NCBI GenBank assembly: GCA_044229845.1
Contig: JBGASG010000001.1
Location: 832,001-896,000 of the forward strand
Length of the DNA stretch: 64,000 bases
Origin: Candidatus Obscuribacteraceae bacterium
GTDB lineage: Bacteria; Cyanobacteriota; Vampirovibrionia; Obscuribacterales; Obscuribacteraceae
Direction of reading: 5' to 3'
Shown: piece by piece, positions 17,704 to 27,673 of the stretch
Layout: every line of letters begins with the position of its first letter
Numbering within the stretch: position 1 is the stretch's first letter
The notes under the pieces: generated by a model
What the model was told of the DNA's origin: nothing
The model's input: the letters and a program-made list of their open reading frames with translations, nothing else
Database searches by the model: none
Translations under genes and position numbers: made by a program

Positions 17704-18717
17704 TTATTCGTGCATCCAGAATAAGAACGGCACTTCGGCGATTACATGCGTCAGCGAAACAATCACGTAGATTTCGATTGTCGTGTAATAATCGAACTTG
17801 AAGCCCAGCCAGAATGCGGGAATGGCGAGCGTCGCCACGCCGACGGCAGTGCAGAGGAGCATGCGCAACCGCGACCGGTCGCGTACGACGGATAGGCGAT
17901 TAATGTTCCACTTTTGCCAGCTGCGAGTGGCAATCGGAATGGCAAATACCCAGACTCCGTAATGCACCATCTGCAAAAAGCCGTATATCGCCACGAACAT
18001 GATCGGCGATGCGCCCGGGAAAAACGATACGCCGAGATTGCTCAACGTGAGCAATCGCAAGGCAGCGGGATCGCTGGTCGAGCCATGCAGGCAGAGAGCC
18101 AGTGCCAACACCACAACCGGCACGGCTAGCAGACAACGATGGTATGTCGCCAGCCAGCCTTTGCGGCTGCGACGTAACTCGCGTTCGAGGATCCAGAGAC
18201 CGAGAAGCGGATGCAGATAGGTCAGTACAACGGTGAACATTGGTGCAGACAGGCAGTTGGACGCTGTGGTCACGAAAGCCAAAACAATATTGAGAGCAAT
18301 TGCACCACGGGTAATATCACGATATCGCAGCACCGAGAGGGACAGAATCCAGAGAATCAAAGTTTCGTTCCAGCACCACAGAAGACTTCTGGATAAGGGC
18401 GGTTGCAACCAACCGCGATCGACGGAGATAGCCAGCGCCGCTTCCGCGCAGAATAGCAGTGACACCCCTACGAACGAGGTCATGAAGAACGGCTTCAGAG
18501 GACCGAAGCGCGACGGCAGCTTAGCGAGAAAATAGCGAAACTCGGCGTAGTTGTGCGGGACGCCGAAGATAATTACGGTCCAGATGGAGAAAACCGAGGG
18601 CAATCCGGCTGCCAAAAGCGCCGAAACCGCCACCAGCAAGAGCCAGGCGCCCGCGAAGATTTGCCGTTGCGGGAGAGCGGCAGATAGGAACTTCGACTGA
18701 TACGAAACGTTTTGCAA
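17704..18717 (-). CDS. Polytopic membrane protein of unknown function
   Basis: Multiple TM helices with His motifs (GVPHNYAE, YLHP, MVHY, THVIAE). Confidence 0.7.
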   Translation of the reverse strand: MQNVSYQSKFLSAALPQRQIFAGAWLLLVAVSALLAAGLPSVFSIWTVIIFGVPHNYAEFRYFLAKLPSRFGPLKPFFMTSFVGVSLLFCAEAALAISVDRGWLQPPLSRSLLWCWNETLILWILSLSVLRYRDITRGAIALNIVLAFVTTASNCLSAPMFTVVLTYLHPLLGLWILERELRRSRKGWLATYHRCLLAVPVVVLALALCLHGSTSDPAALRLLTLSNLGVSFFPGASPIMFVAIYGFLQMVHYGVWVFAIPIATRSWQKWNINRLSVVRDRSRLRMLLCTAVGVATLAIPAFWLGFKFDYYTTIEIYVIVSLTHVIAEVPFLFWMHE

Positions 18718-18773
18718 GAGGCTAGAATACCTGCTTTCAAGCGCGCGAACATTAGAAGTCGAGGAAGTGGAAA

Positions 18774-19184
18774 ATGCCCAAACGCACTACCAGGAACATT
18801 GTCATCGCTGTAGTTGCAGGAGTTTTTGTTCTGGCGCTGGGCGCCGGTGCCTTCATTCTCAGCAGTGTCACGGTCATGGACGGCTCGCTGCGCGGGCGTG
18901 ACAGCGAGCGCATGCAAGAGTTAGAAGCGCGGATGGAGGCGGCAAGAGAGCAGAAGCAGGTTCTGTTTGTGGTCAGAGACATCCAAAAAGGGACGGCGAT
19001 CCAGATGGTAGATCTTGAAACGCGTTCGGTGCCGGCGGGAAAAGTTGTTTCCGGAGCATTGACGGAGCCCGAGCAAGCTGTCGGTCGACATGCCAAAGTC
19101 AATATTGCACAGGGCGAAAACCTGATCGAGGACCAACTGGAATCGCCCAAGACTCCGCCTGCAAAGAAAAATGCAAAGGATTAA
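18774..19184 (+). CDS. Membrane-anchored SAF-domain protein
   Basis: TM helix, VLFVVRDIQKGTAI...AVGRHAKVNIAQGE. Confidence 0.78.
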   Translation: MPKRTTRNIVIAVVAGVFVLALGAGAFILSSVTVMDGSLRGRDSERMQELEARMEAAREQKQVLFVVRDIQKGTAIQMVDLETRSVPAGKVVSGALTEPEQAVGRHAKVNIAQGENLIEDQLESPKTPPAKKNAKD

Positions 19185-19243
19185 TGTGCGATGACTCGGC
19201 TCTTTGTACTCTCTCACAAGGTGATTCGAACTGAGGAGGCCAT

Positions 19244-20341
19244 ATGCCCGAAGCTGTCGTTCAAAGTGGCTTAGAAGGCATCGTAGTTGCGGAAACCGAG
19301 ATTTCCGAGGTAGACGGCGAAGGCGGACGGCTGATTATTCGAGGCTTCGAGGCAGAAACGCTCGCTGAGACCTTGTCATTTGAAGAGTCTTGCTACTTGC
19401 TGTGGACAGGAAACGTTCCGGATGACGCTGCCAAGAACGAGCTTTACGAAAAGTTCGGCAACGCGCGCGCGGCGGCTTTCGACAGATTGACTCAGTTTCA
19501 AAAATTACCGGCCCAGCCGAAGGCGATGGATGCTCTGCGTACGTTCATCAGCACCTTTCCCGGCACTGCCGATAACAACATCGATGAATACATTTCATTG
19601 ACGGCTGCCACCGCGGTTTTTCTGGGCAACTGGATCAATCTGAAAGACGGACGCCCGCTGGTCGCGCCGGACGTCAAGCTGCACGGTGCAGCCGATGTTC
19701 TCAGAATGATGACCGGCAAGAAGCAAAGGGACGACTTTGCCAAAGCCCTGGATACTTACCTCACCGTCGTGTCCGACCACGGTATGAATGCTTCCACTTT
19801 CACGGCACGCGTGGTGGCATCGACCGCCTCGGACAATGTCAGCTGCGTGGTGGCGGCTATCGGTGCATTGAAAGGGCCGCTGCATGGTGGTGCGCCGGGA
19901 CCGGTTTTGAAAATGCTCTCCGCCATCGGCACTCCGGAAAAAGCCGAAGAATGGTTGTTGTCCGAACTCAAGTCGGGCCGCCGGATTATGGGAATGGGAC
20001 ATCGCATTTATCGCGTGCGCGATCCGCGTTCGTCGATTTTCGAGTCTGTGGTGGCAAAGTTGGAAAAATCCGGCACACCCGCTCCGCGTCTGGCTCTGGC
20101 TCGCGCCGTCGAGAAAACGGCTGAACGCATACTGGCTGAGCGCCATCCGGAGCGACCGCTCAAGGCCAACGTCGAGTTCTTCACAGCGGTGCTGCTCGAC
20201 ACGATCGGCATTCCTGACGACCTCTTTTCGCCGGCTTTCGCCGCCGGTCGCGTGGCGGGATGGTGCGCCCATATCAAAGAACAGCGTGCTCTCAATCGCC
20301 TGATTCGCCCCGGTTCCAAATACGTCGGCGGCTATCGCTGA
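19244..20341 (+). CDS. Citrate synthase / 2-methylcitrate synthase
   Basis: GLEGIV, DHGMNASTF, GPLHGGA, MGMGHRIY and ANVEF motifs. Confidence 0.93.
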   Translation: MPEAVVQSGLEGIVVAETEISEVDGEGGRLIIRGFEAETLAETLSFEESCYLLWTGNVPDDAAKNELYEKFGNARAAAFDRLTQFQKLPAQPKAMDALRTFISTFPGTADNNIDEYISLTAATAVFLGNWINLKDGRPLVAPDVKLHGAADVLRMMTGKKQRDDFAKALDTYLTVVSDHGMNASTFTARVVASTASDNVSCVVAAIGALKGPLHGGAPGPVLKMLSAIGTPEKAEEWLLSELKSGRRIMGMGHRIYRVRDPRSSIFESVVAKLEKSGTPAPRLALARAVEKTAERILAERHPERPLKANVEFFTAVLLDTIGIPDDLFSPAFAAGRVAGWCAHIKEQRALNRLIRPGSKYVGGYR

Positions 20342-20348
20342 ACAGCCA

Positions 20349-21929
20349 ATGAACATATCGCGGCGGCAGTTTCTCAAAACAGGTGTGCTGGGGCTGTCGC
20401 TCCTATCCGCGTGCAGACGCACATTCGCGGCACCGGGAACAACAAAGAGCGCGGCGGCTCAGCCTCCGACAGAGTTGAAGATTAAAGGCGCGGTGGTCTC
20501 TCCCGGGTCGCCTCTGTACAACGAGGCGCGTCTCAACTACAACTCGCGCTTCGAGATCAAGCCGAAATCGATTGTCTATTGCCAGAGCGAAGATGACGTC
20601 AGGCAGGCGGTCAAATGGGCACGTGCCAACAAGGTACCGGTGGCGGTGCGCAGCGGCGGGCACAGCTACGAAGCATTTTCTCTCACCGGCGACGGAGCAG
20701 TGATCGACGTCAGCAATCTGGACGGCATCACAGTCAACGCTACTAAAAAGACTGCCAGGGTGCAGTCCGGCGTGCGATTGATGGAGCTGTACGAAACTCT
20801 CTGGGCGAAACGCTGTGTCGTTCCTGCCGGTTCATGTGCGACTGTCGGAGTGGCAGGACTGGCTCTCGGTGGTGGATTCGGGCTGCTGGCGCGGCGCTTC
20901 GGCTTGACCTGCGATAACCTGACCGCGTTGCGCATGGTCGATGCGAAAGGCAATGTCGTCGAGGCGAACGCCGGCAAAAACTCAGATCTGTTCTGGGCAT
21001 GCCGTGGCGGTGGCGGAGGAAACTTCGGCATCGTCACCGAGTTTACGTTTCGTTTGCAGCCGATTGGCAATGTCACCGTGTTCAGACTGAGCTGGGATTG
21101 GAAGGAAATGCCGGCCGTCATAGAAGCCTGGCAGAAATGGGCGCCCTTCACCGATGATCGCATCACCTCGGTGCTCACGCTTACTTCGAAGATGGCTTAC
21201 AGCCTGTCATGCATTGGTGTTTTTGTTGGCGGGCGCCAGGAGGCGGAGCGCTTACTCAGGCCGCTCTACACTGCCGTCAAGCCGACGCACATCTCTTATT
21301 CCGTGGTGCCTTTCATAGATGCTGCGCGTCGCTTCTCCGGATTTAAGCGCCGGCCGAACAAGCCGACAGCTCAAGCAACGGGGCAAGCGACAAAGCCGGC
21401 GGAAGAAACGGCGCCTGCGGTGCCGCCGCCCGCACCACAGACGGTGCACATTCATCCGGAGTCGCATACGCGTTTTAAGAACACATCAGACTACGTTGCG
21501 AAACCGTTGGATAAGGCTGCCATAGAGACAATAGTCAGTTTCCTCTCAGAGAGCCCCATCGACAGCAGCTGTCTGCAGCTGGACGGATATGGCGGAGCCA
21601 TCAATCGCGTGCCGGCGAGTGCCACGGCATTTTGCCATCGCGGTGACACGATGTTTTGCATGCACTATCAAGTGAGTTGGAACCATAAGTCGGACGACGA
21701 GCGCAGCATTCACTGGGTCAACGGCTTTCGCAAAGCCATGCAACCGCATGTATCAGGATTTGCGTACGTCAGTTATTGCGATCGTGAAGTCGAAGACTGG
21801 GCGCACGCTTACTACGGAGCAAACCTGTCCAGGCTGGTGTCGGTGAAGAAAAAATATGATCCCGACAATTTTTTCCACTTCGAGCAGAGCGTGCCCGTAG
21901 AGCTGCCGCCAACCGGAGTTTCGAAGTAG
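20349..21929 (+). CDS. Tat-exported FAD-linked oxidoreductase (berberine bridge enzyme family)
   Basis: SRRQFLK Tat motif; RSGGHSYE, GSCATVG and KKKYDPDNFF motifs. Confidence 0.92.
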   Translation: MNISRRQFLKTGVLGLSLLSACRRTFAAPGTTKSAAAQPPTELKIKGAVVSPGSPLYNEARLNYNSRFEIKPKSIVYCQSEDDVRQAVKWARANKVPVAVRSGGHSYEAFSLTGDGAVIDVSNLDGITVNATKKTARVQSGVRLMELYETLWAKRCVVPAGSCATVGVAGLALGGGFGLLARRFGLTCDNLTALRMVDAKGNVVEANAGKNSDLFWACRGGGGGNFGIVTEFTFRLQPIGNVTVFRLSWDWKEMPAVIEAWQKWAPFTDDRITSVLTLTSKMAYSLSCIGVFVGGRQEAERLLRPLYTAVKPTHISYSVVPFIDAARRFSGFKRRPNKPTAQATGQATKPAEETAPAVPPPAPQTVHIHPESHTRFKNTSDYVAKPLDKAAIETIVSFLSESPIDSSCLQLDGYGGAINRVPASATAFCHRGDTMFCMHYQVSWNHKSDDERSIHWVNGFRKAMQPHVSGFAYVSYCDREVEDWAHAYYGANLSRLVSVKKKYDPDNFFHFEQSVPVELPPTGVSK

Positions 21930-21972
21930 CGCCTGAATGGGCATAAGATTATCAGCCGAGCCGGATTAGCCT

Positions 21973-24030
21973 GTGAGCGTTGAAGAAGACAGACTCGACG
22001 GACGACCAGAAGATGCGCTGGTGGGAACTTTGTTCGCCGGTTGCTATGAGATTGTCTCGGTGCTTGGGCGCGGCGGCATGAGTGTCGTCTACAAAGCTGT
22101 TTACGTGCCGCTCAATCAGTTGGTAGCGGTAAAGGTCATGCACACCCATGTGGATGACGGAGCGGCGCTGCAGCGACTGAAACGGGAAGCCCAACTGATC
22201 TCGACCCTCGACCATCCCAACATTCTGCGCGTGCTGCGCCTGCAAGTGTCTGACGAGGGCTATCCATACCTGGTCGCCGATCTGGTTGAGGGTCGGACGA
22301 TACAGAAGGTGGTGCAAGAAGATGGAACTTTCGACGAAGCCACATTTGTGCATGTCTTCACGCAGGTGATGGACGCACTCGAGCATGCACACTCACGTAG
22401 CATCGTGCACCGCGACATCAAGCCGAGCAATCTCATGCTTACCCGTGAGGAAGACGGCGAACTGCGCGTGAAAGTCGTGGACTTCGGTATTTCCAAATTG
22501 CTGATTGACTCCGCCGGTGGTGCACAGGATGTTAGCCGCGCGACATCGAGCTTTTTCGGAACTCCTGCTTACATGAGTCCTGAGCAGTGTGCAGGACGCA
22601 GCGCCGACTATCGCAGCGACATCTATTCGCTGGCTTGCGTCATGTATGAGACGCTCACCGGTGTGCCTGCGGTAAGCGGCGAGACTGCTCTCGACATTAT
22701 GTATCACCAGGTGCACGACATGCCTCGCCCGTTTAGCGATGTGCGCCCCGACCTGAAGCTGTCTCCACACATCGAGCAAGCGATTTTCACGGCGCTCAGG
22801 AAAGGTCGTAATGATCGCCCGCAGTCGATTCACGAGTTTCGCACCATGCTCAGTGGACACCTGCCGGTTGAACGTGCCATCTATCACGGACGCATGCGAC
22901 GCCTATCAAACTGGGCAGTAATAGTCGTTGGTATGGTTCTATTGATGATAGCGATAGTGTTGGGTGTGCCTTTCACTATGATGATGTCGAATGAAGCTAT
23001 GTCCTCCAGGGATTCCACGGTTCCTGTGGTTCCCAGGCTGCCTTCCACAGCTGAAGAGTGCTACAACGAAGGAATGCGCGCTCAGGTGGCGCGCGATAAC
23101 GACCTGGTGATCAGGTGTTTGCAGAGAGCCGACGAACTGGTCAAACTCGAGAAAGACAACACAAAACTGACTCCGCAGCATCAGTACGAAGTCAAAATGG
23201 TTCTTGCCCTCGCGTACCGCACGCGTCGCGACCACGCGATGGCAGATAAGTATTACGCCGATGCAGAGAAGCTTCTCAAGAATACGAAGGTAGCGGGAAT
23301 AGGCTGGCACTGGCGCGAACGCAGTGATTTTGAAGCCGAGAAGAAACAGTATCCGAAAGCAGTCGAGTATGCCAAAAAAGGTGTGGAGGCTTACGAGCAG
23401 GCTTATGCTGTCGAAGGTCATTACGAACGCGAGCAGACAGACTTGACTCAGGCATACCAAAGGCTTGGAGAGGCTTACCAAAACAACGGACAGTTTCAAG
23501 AGAGCAATACTGCGTGGCGCAAGGCTGTACAGATTGCGGACCCGATGGCGTGGGCTGGTCCCAAGTTAGAAATGAGAAGGCTGTGGTCGGAGTCGTTGAT
23601 GACTCAAAAGCGCTTCGCCGATGCGAAGAAGACGATGGACGAGTACATGAAAATTGCTCAAGGCACGTCGAAAGTCAATCTGAAATCGGAAGATGAGCTG
23701 ACGAGGGGCTATCAGACCTATGGAAGGGTGCTTGAGAAGGCAGTCAATCCTCAGTCCGCCAGACAATATTTCGCAAAAGCGGTGACGCTGGCGCGCGCCC
23801 GCTCGATGAGCAATTTTACCGAGGGTTGGTATGCACAGCTGGCAGAGGCGCTGAGCGTCCAGGCGGTCAATCTGTTTGACTGCGATCAGATTCCCGAAGC
23901 CGAGCGCGCGGCTAACGAAGCGAAAGAGTGCTGGAAGAAGTCGAATGCGACTGCAAATGAGAAGGTCAGTCTCGCTGCGATGGAGTTTGCGCGGCAGCGG
24001 GCGCTGAAGCGCGCGGCGGCGGCGCACTGA
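21973..24030 (+). CDS. Hanks-type Ser/Thr kinase with TM helix and C-terminal TPRs
   Basis: LGRGGMS, VAVK, HRDIKPSN, DFG and YMSPEQ motifs. Confidence 0.93.
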   Translation: MSVEEDRLDGRPEDALVGTLFAGCYEIVSVLGRGGMSVVYKAVYVPLNQLVAVKVMHTHVDDGAALQRLKREAQLISTLDHPNILRVLRLQVSDEGYPYLVADLVEGRTIQKVVQEDGTFDEATFVHVFTQVMDALEHAHSRSIVHRDIKPSNLMLTREEDGELRVKVVDFGISKLLIDSAGGAQDVSRATSSFFGTPAYMSPEQCAGRSADYRSDIYSLACVMYETLTGVPAVSGETALDIMYHQVHDMPRPFSDVRPDLKLSPHIEQAIFTALRKGRNDRPQSIHEFRTMLSGHLPVERAIYHGRMRRLSNWAVIVVGMVLLMIAIVLGVPFTMMMSNEAMSSRDSTVPVVPRLPSTAEECYNEGMRAQVARDNDLVIRCLQRADELVKLEKDNTKLTPQHQYEVKMVLALAYRTRRDHAMADKYYADAEKLLKNTKVAGIGWHWRERSDFEAEKKQYPKAVEYAKKGVEAYEQAYAVEGHYEREQTDLTQAYQRLGEAYQNNGQFQESNTAWRKAVQIADPMAWAGPKLEMRRLWSESLMTQKRFADAKKTMDEYMKIAQGTSKVNLKSEDELTRGYQTYGRVLEKAVNPQSARQYFAKAVTLARARSMSNFTEGWYAQLAEALSVQAVNLFDCDQIPEAERAANEAKECWKKSNATANEKVSLAAMEFARQRALKRAAAAH

Positions 24031-24039
24031 ATCTTTAAA

Positions 24040-24936
24040 TCAAGCTTTGATCGGCTCGCTCACTTTTAGGCCGCTTATCCGGCGCAGGAAGTTGTCGCTG
24101 ACTTTCAATCTAGTAGCGGCGGCATCGAATGAAGCATGCGTCCCTTTCCAGCGCAGTTCGTCGATGTCTTCGAAAACCGGTACGTCGAGGCGCAGCGTCG
24201 CGAGTTTGCGAAAGAGCAGCGCATCTTCGTAAGAGCCAAACAGTGTCGCTGCCAGTTTGGCGGCACCGCGAATCGAGGAGGGCCATTGTTTTGAGTCTTG
24301 CTGTATGTTTTCCAGGTGCTCGTAGTGTGAGAGTACTGAAGCCGTAGCCTTAGCGCCCCAGCCCGGCAATCCCGGATAACCATCGGCGGTATCACCGACC
24401 AGTGCAAGATAGTCTGGTATGGAAGCTGGTTTGACTCCGAATTTTTCGATCACCCCCGCTTCATCGCGGGTGGTATCACGCCTGCGATCCAGCTGCACGA
24501 CGCGCGTGCCGACGACACATTGGCTCAGGTCTTTGTCGGGAGTGCAGATCACAACCCGATCCACTCTGTTGTTAAGGGCAGCCTTGGCGGCTGCTGCAGC
24601 CAGGGCATCGTCTGCCTCGAATTCCACCATCGGCCACACTAAGACACCCATTGCTTGCAGGGCCTCTTCCAGAATTGGGAACTGCGACTTCAACTCATGC
24701 TCGATGCCATCGCCGGTTTTGTAGTATGGATACAGGTCGTTGCGGAACGACTCGATGACATGATCTGTGGCTACTGCGATGTGAGTGGCACCCTGCTCCA
24801 GCATCGTCAGCACGGACGTGAGCACGCCGCGCACGGCGCTAATTTCTTCGCCGGCAGCGTTGGTGGCACCGGGAACTGCAAAGTAGTGCCGAAATAATTC
24901 ATAGGTCCCGTCGACTAAATATACGTCCATGCCCAA
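24040..24936 (-). CDS. Stand-alone 5'-3' exonuclease / flap endonuclease
   Basis: YLVDGT, FRNDLY, EADD, DKDL and LVGDTADG motifs. Confidence 0.92.
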   Translation of the reverse strand: MGMDVYLVDGTYELFRHYFAVPGATNAAGEEISAVRGVLTSVLTMLEQGATHIAVATDHVIESFRNDLYPYYKTGDGIEHELKSQFPILEEALQAMGVLVWPMVEFEADDALAAAAAKAALNNRVDRVVICTPDKDLSQCVVGTRVVQLDRRRDTTRDEAGVIEKFGVKPASIPDYLALVGDTADGYPGLPGWGAKATASVLSHYEHLENIQQDSKQWPSSIRGAAKLAATLFGSYEDALLFRKLATLRLDVPVFEDIDELRWKGTHASFDAAATRLKVSDNFLRRISGLKVSEPIKA

Positions 24937-24981
24937 GTCTTCTCAATAAGTGCTCGGGGGATCGTACACCATCAGCACCCA

Positions 24982-25464
24982 TCAGTCATCGGGCGGCTCA
25001 TGCCTGTCATCGGGCCCGCGGCGGCGGCCGCCTTCCAGACCCAGGAAGTGCTTGATTGCCTTCATTCGCATTGCTTTGCGTTGCACCGGTGACAGGACTT
25101 CCGCGAACGAGATGACGCGCTCGAGAAACTCATCTCCTGCCTGAATCTTCAGAGCTTGAATCTGCTTGCCAATCTCTTTGATTTTTGCTTTATCGAGCTG
25201 TTCTTTGCTCAGTTCTTTGACTATGTCCTTCATCAACGCACCCATGGACAGTTTCATCTGCAGATGTTGCGCCATGCCTGACATTTTTAATTCAGCAATT
25301 TTTTCCAGTTGCTCATCGTTCAAGTTGAGGTCGCGCAGCATGCCGCCGGGTCCTCCGAATCGGTGCATCATCCTGGCGAACGGAGGCGGACCAAACCCAC
25401 CGCCGCCAAAGCCACCCGGTCCACTGCCGCCCCGCTTGTCGCAGCCGCCGCCAAATCCAAACAT
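24982..25464 (-). CDS. Spy/CpxP-like (LTXXQ) helical protein
   Basis: LNLNDEQ and VLSPVQR motifs; Gly-rich N-terminus. Confidence 0.72.
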   Translation of the reverse strand: MFGFGGGCDKRGGSGPGGFGGGGFGPPPFARMMHRFGGPGGMLRDLNLNDEQLEKIAELKMSGMAQHLQMKLSMGALMKDIVKELSKEQLDKAKIKEIGKQIQALKIQAGDEFLERVISFAEVLSPVQRKAMRMKAIKHFLGLEGGRRRGPDDRHEPPDD

Positions 25465-25648
25465 CTAGTAGTCCCCCGTGGTGCACCGCGTCGTTCCTTC
25501 TAATCTATACGTTTGATGCCGCAAAAAAGTTCAATTCTGCGGAAGGATTTAATCTATTCAGAAGATTCGAGTTTGAGCGCAACAATCGGAGTTTCTTCCA
25601 CTGTGCCTGGAAGTAAAATGGCGCTATTGAAACAACGGAGAAGACAAC

Positions 25649-26383
25649 GTGGGCGCCCCGGCGAAACCTGTCCAATTATCAATCGCGCAACGATTAGCTA
25701 ACATCAACTGGCAGCAGATGTACCAGAATCTGGATGCCGACGGATTTGCTACGACATGCACGCTTTTGCAAATCGATGAATGCCGTGCACTGTCCCAGCT
25801 CTACTCTAATGACGATTTGTTTCGCAGTCGAGTTGTGATGGCACGTCACGGGTACGGACGCGGCGAATACAAATATTTCGCCTATCCATTGCCGCAGATC
25901 ATCGAGAGCCTGCGAACTGCCGCATACCCGCATCTAGTGCCGATAGCCAATCGCTGGATGGAAGAAATGAACTCACCGGTCAGATTTCCTGCGACGCACG
26001 CTGAATTCATAGAACGATGTCACCAGGCTGGACAGCAGCGGCCGACACCATTGTTGTTGCAGTACGAAAAGGGTGATTTCAATTGCCTGCATCAGGACCT
26101 CTACGGCGAGCATGTTTTTCCATTGCAGCTGGCGATTTTGCTGGCGCAACCGGAGTGCGATTTTACGGGCGGCGAGTTCGTGCTCACCGAACAGCGTCCT
26201 CGCATGCAGTCGCGACCGATGGTGGTGCCCCTGGAACAGGGCGATGCCGTTGTTTTCGCCGTGCACCAGCGCCCCGTGCAGGGCACGCGCGGGAGCTACC
26301 GCGTCAACATGCGCCATGGAGTCAGTCGAGTGCGCGGCGGACTTCGCCACACCGCCGGGATTATTTTTCACGACGCCAAATGA
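25649..26383 (+). CDS. 2OG-Fe(II) oxygenase (DUF2086 / prolyl-hydroxylase-like)
   Basis: LHQDLYG, EQRPRMQSR, MRHGVS and GIIFHDA motifs. Confidence 0.88.
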   Translation: MGAPAKPVQLSIAQRLANINWQQMYQNLDADGFATTCTLLQIDECRALSQLYSNDDLFRSRVVMARHGYGRGEYKYFAYPLPQIIESLRTAAYPHLVPIANRWMEEMNSPVRFPATHAEFIERCHQAGQQRPTPLLLQYEKGDFNCLHQDLYGEHVFPLQLAILLAQPECDFTGGEFVLTEQRPRMQSRPMVVPLEQGDAVVFAVHQRPVQGTRGSYRVNMRHGVSRVRGGLRHTAGIIFHDAK

Positions 26384-26438
26384 GTTTGGTTCCAACCTAT
26401 TCTTGGAATTACACAACCAGAGTACTTGGGCTTTTGAC

Positions 26439-27629
26439 GTGCTGGAAATTTTCAAATCTCACGTGTTGAAGAGTTTGCTGGTCGCCTGTGCTTTTTTGGC
26501 AGCGTCTGTGGTTGGTCTTCAGACAGAAGTGGTGGCCGCGATCTCGAAGACGGTGCAGGAGCTGACTCTGGTGATCAGAAAACCCAACGTCGGCTCCAAA
26601 GCTCGTACCGTGGAAGTGACAGGATTGGATGGCGCGACCGTCACAGTGGTTGCCGAAGAAGGTCCTGCGGCCACCGATAACGACTTGAAGATTGACGCGG
26701 TGTTTCTCGCGCACGCGCTGGTTTCTGATGCGCCGGATCAGGTCGGAAATGTAAAAGTGGTGTTCTTGCAAACCGGCAAAAACAGCCGCTCTGTGACCGT
26801 GGACAAGACTCAGATCAGAGAATATGAGAAGGGCGCGCTTTCAGGTAAAGACCTGGTGGACTCCCTTGAGCTTAAATTCGAGGCGGCCCGCCAGGAAAGA
26901 GCACTGGAACCGGGACCGGAGCTGGAGCGCCGCACTCAAATCTCCAAGAGAATCGACAAGCTGCGAGTCCAACAAGTCGGGGTGCGCCCATTCGTGAACG
27001 CGCTCAATGAAATCGAAGCGTTGGTAAAGCAGAAAAGCCCCGACATTGACCAGCGGGTCAGCATTTTGGAAGGGCAGCTCGCTGACCAGGAAGCTATTTT
27101 GAGGAAACGGCTGAAGGCCAGTGCTGCGGCTGCGAAAGCCTCAATAAGTGGCGGTGGAACCGGCGGATCTGCCTCGTCGCCGGCGACCGGACAGGTTAAG
27201 TCAGCAGCGGCAGGCTACGTTCCCCCCGAAGGGGCTCATTTGAAAGCTGTATTTCAACGAGATGCAGATAATCTGATACGCTCCGTCCAACAGAAAAATC
27301 CTCAAGTCGGATCTCATTTGCGGGACATCAAGAAAACAATTGATGCTGCTTTCGCCTCCGGGCGGGATCCGGAGGCATTTCAGACGCTGCACGAGTTCCA
27401 GATTTTGGTTCAGCAGACTATAAATGTCGACATGTTCGCACCGGGCGGGCAGCAAGGCGGAGGTTCCATGGGCGGAGGCGGTCAAGGCGGCGGCCCCATG
27501 GGTGGCGGTCAAGGCGGCGGCCCCATGGGCGGTGGACAGGGTGGCGGTCAAGGCGGCGGCCCCATGGGTGGCGGTTTTCCGGGCGGAGGACCACCTGGTG
27601 GCGGTCCTCCCGGCGGTGGTCCTCCATAA
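26439..27629 (+). CDS. Exported hypothetical protein with Gly/Pro-rich tail
   Basis: Signal-like segment after GTG 26439 (start uncertain); coiled-coil middle region. Confidence 0.65.
   Translation: MLEIFKSHVLKSLLVACAFLAASVVGLQTEVVAAISKTVQELTLVIRKPNVGSKARTVEVTGLDGATVTVVAEEGPAATDNDLKIDAVFLAHALVSDAPDQVGNVKVVFLQTGKNSRSVTVDKTQIREYEKGALSGKDLVDSLELKFEAARQERALEPGPELERRTQISKRIDKLRVQQVGVRPFVNALNEIEALVKQKSPDIDQRVSILEGQLADQEAILRKRLKASAAAAKASISGGGTGGSASSPATGQVKSAAAGYVPPEGAHLKAVFQRDADNLIRSVQQKNPQVGSHLRDIKKTIDAAFASGRDPEAFQTLHEFQILVQQTINVDMFAPGGQQGGGSMGGGGQGGGPMGGGQGGGPMGGGQGGGQGGGPMGGGFPGGGPPGGGPPGGGPP
27447..27626 (+). repeat. Coding low-complexity repeats (GGGQGGGPM)n then (GGGPP)n
   Basis: Repeated ggcggtcaaggcggcggccccatggg units. 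Confidence 0.85.
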
Positions 27630-27673
27630 TTCATCGAAGCCGTTGCCTGCAGTCTGCACTGGGCATATAGTCC

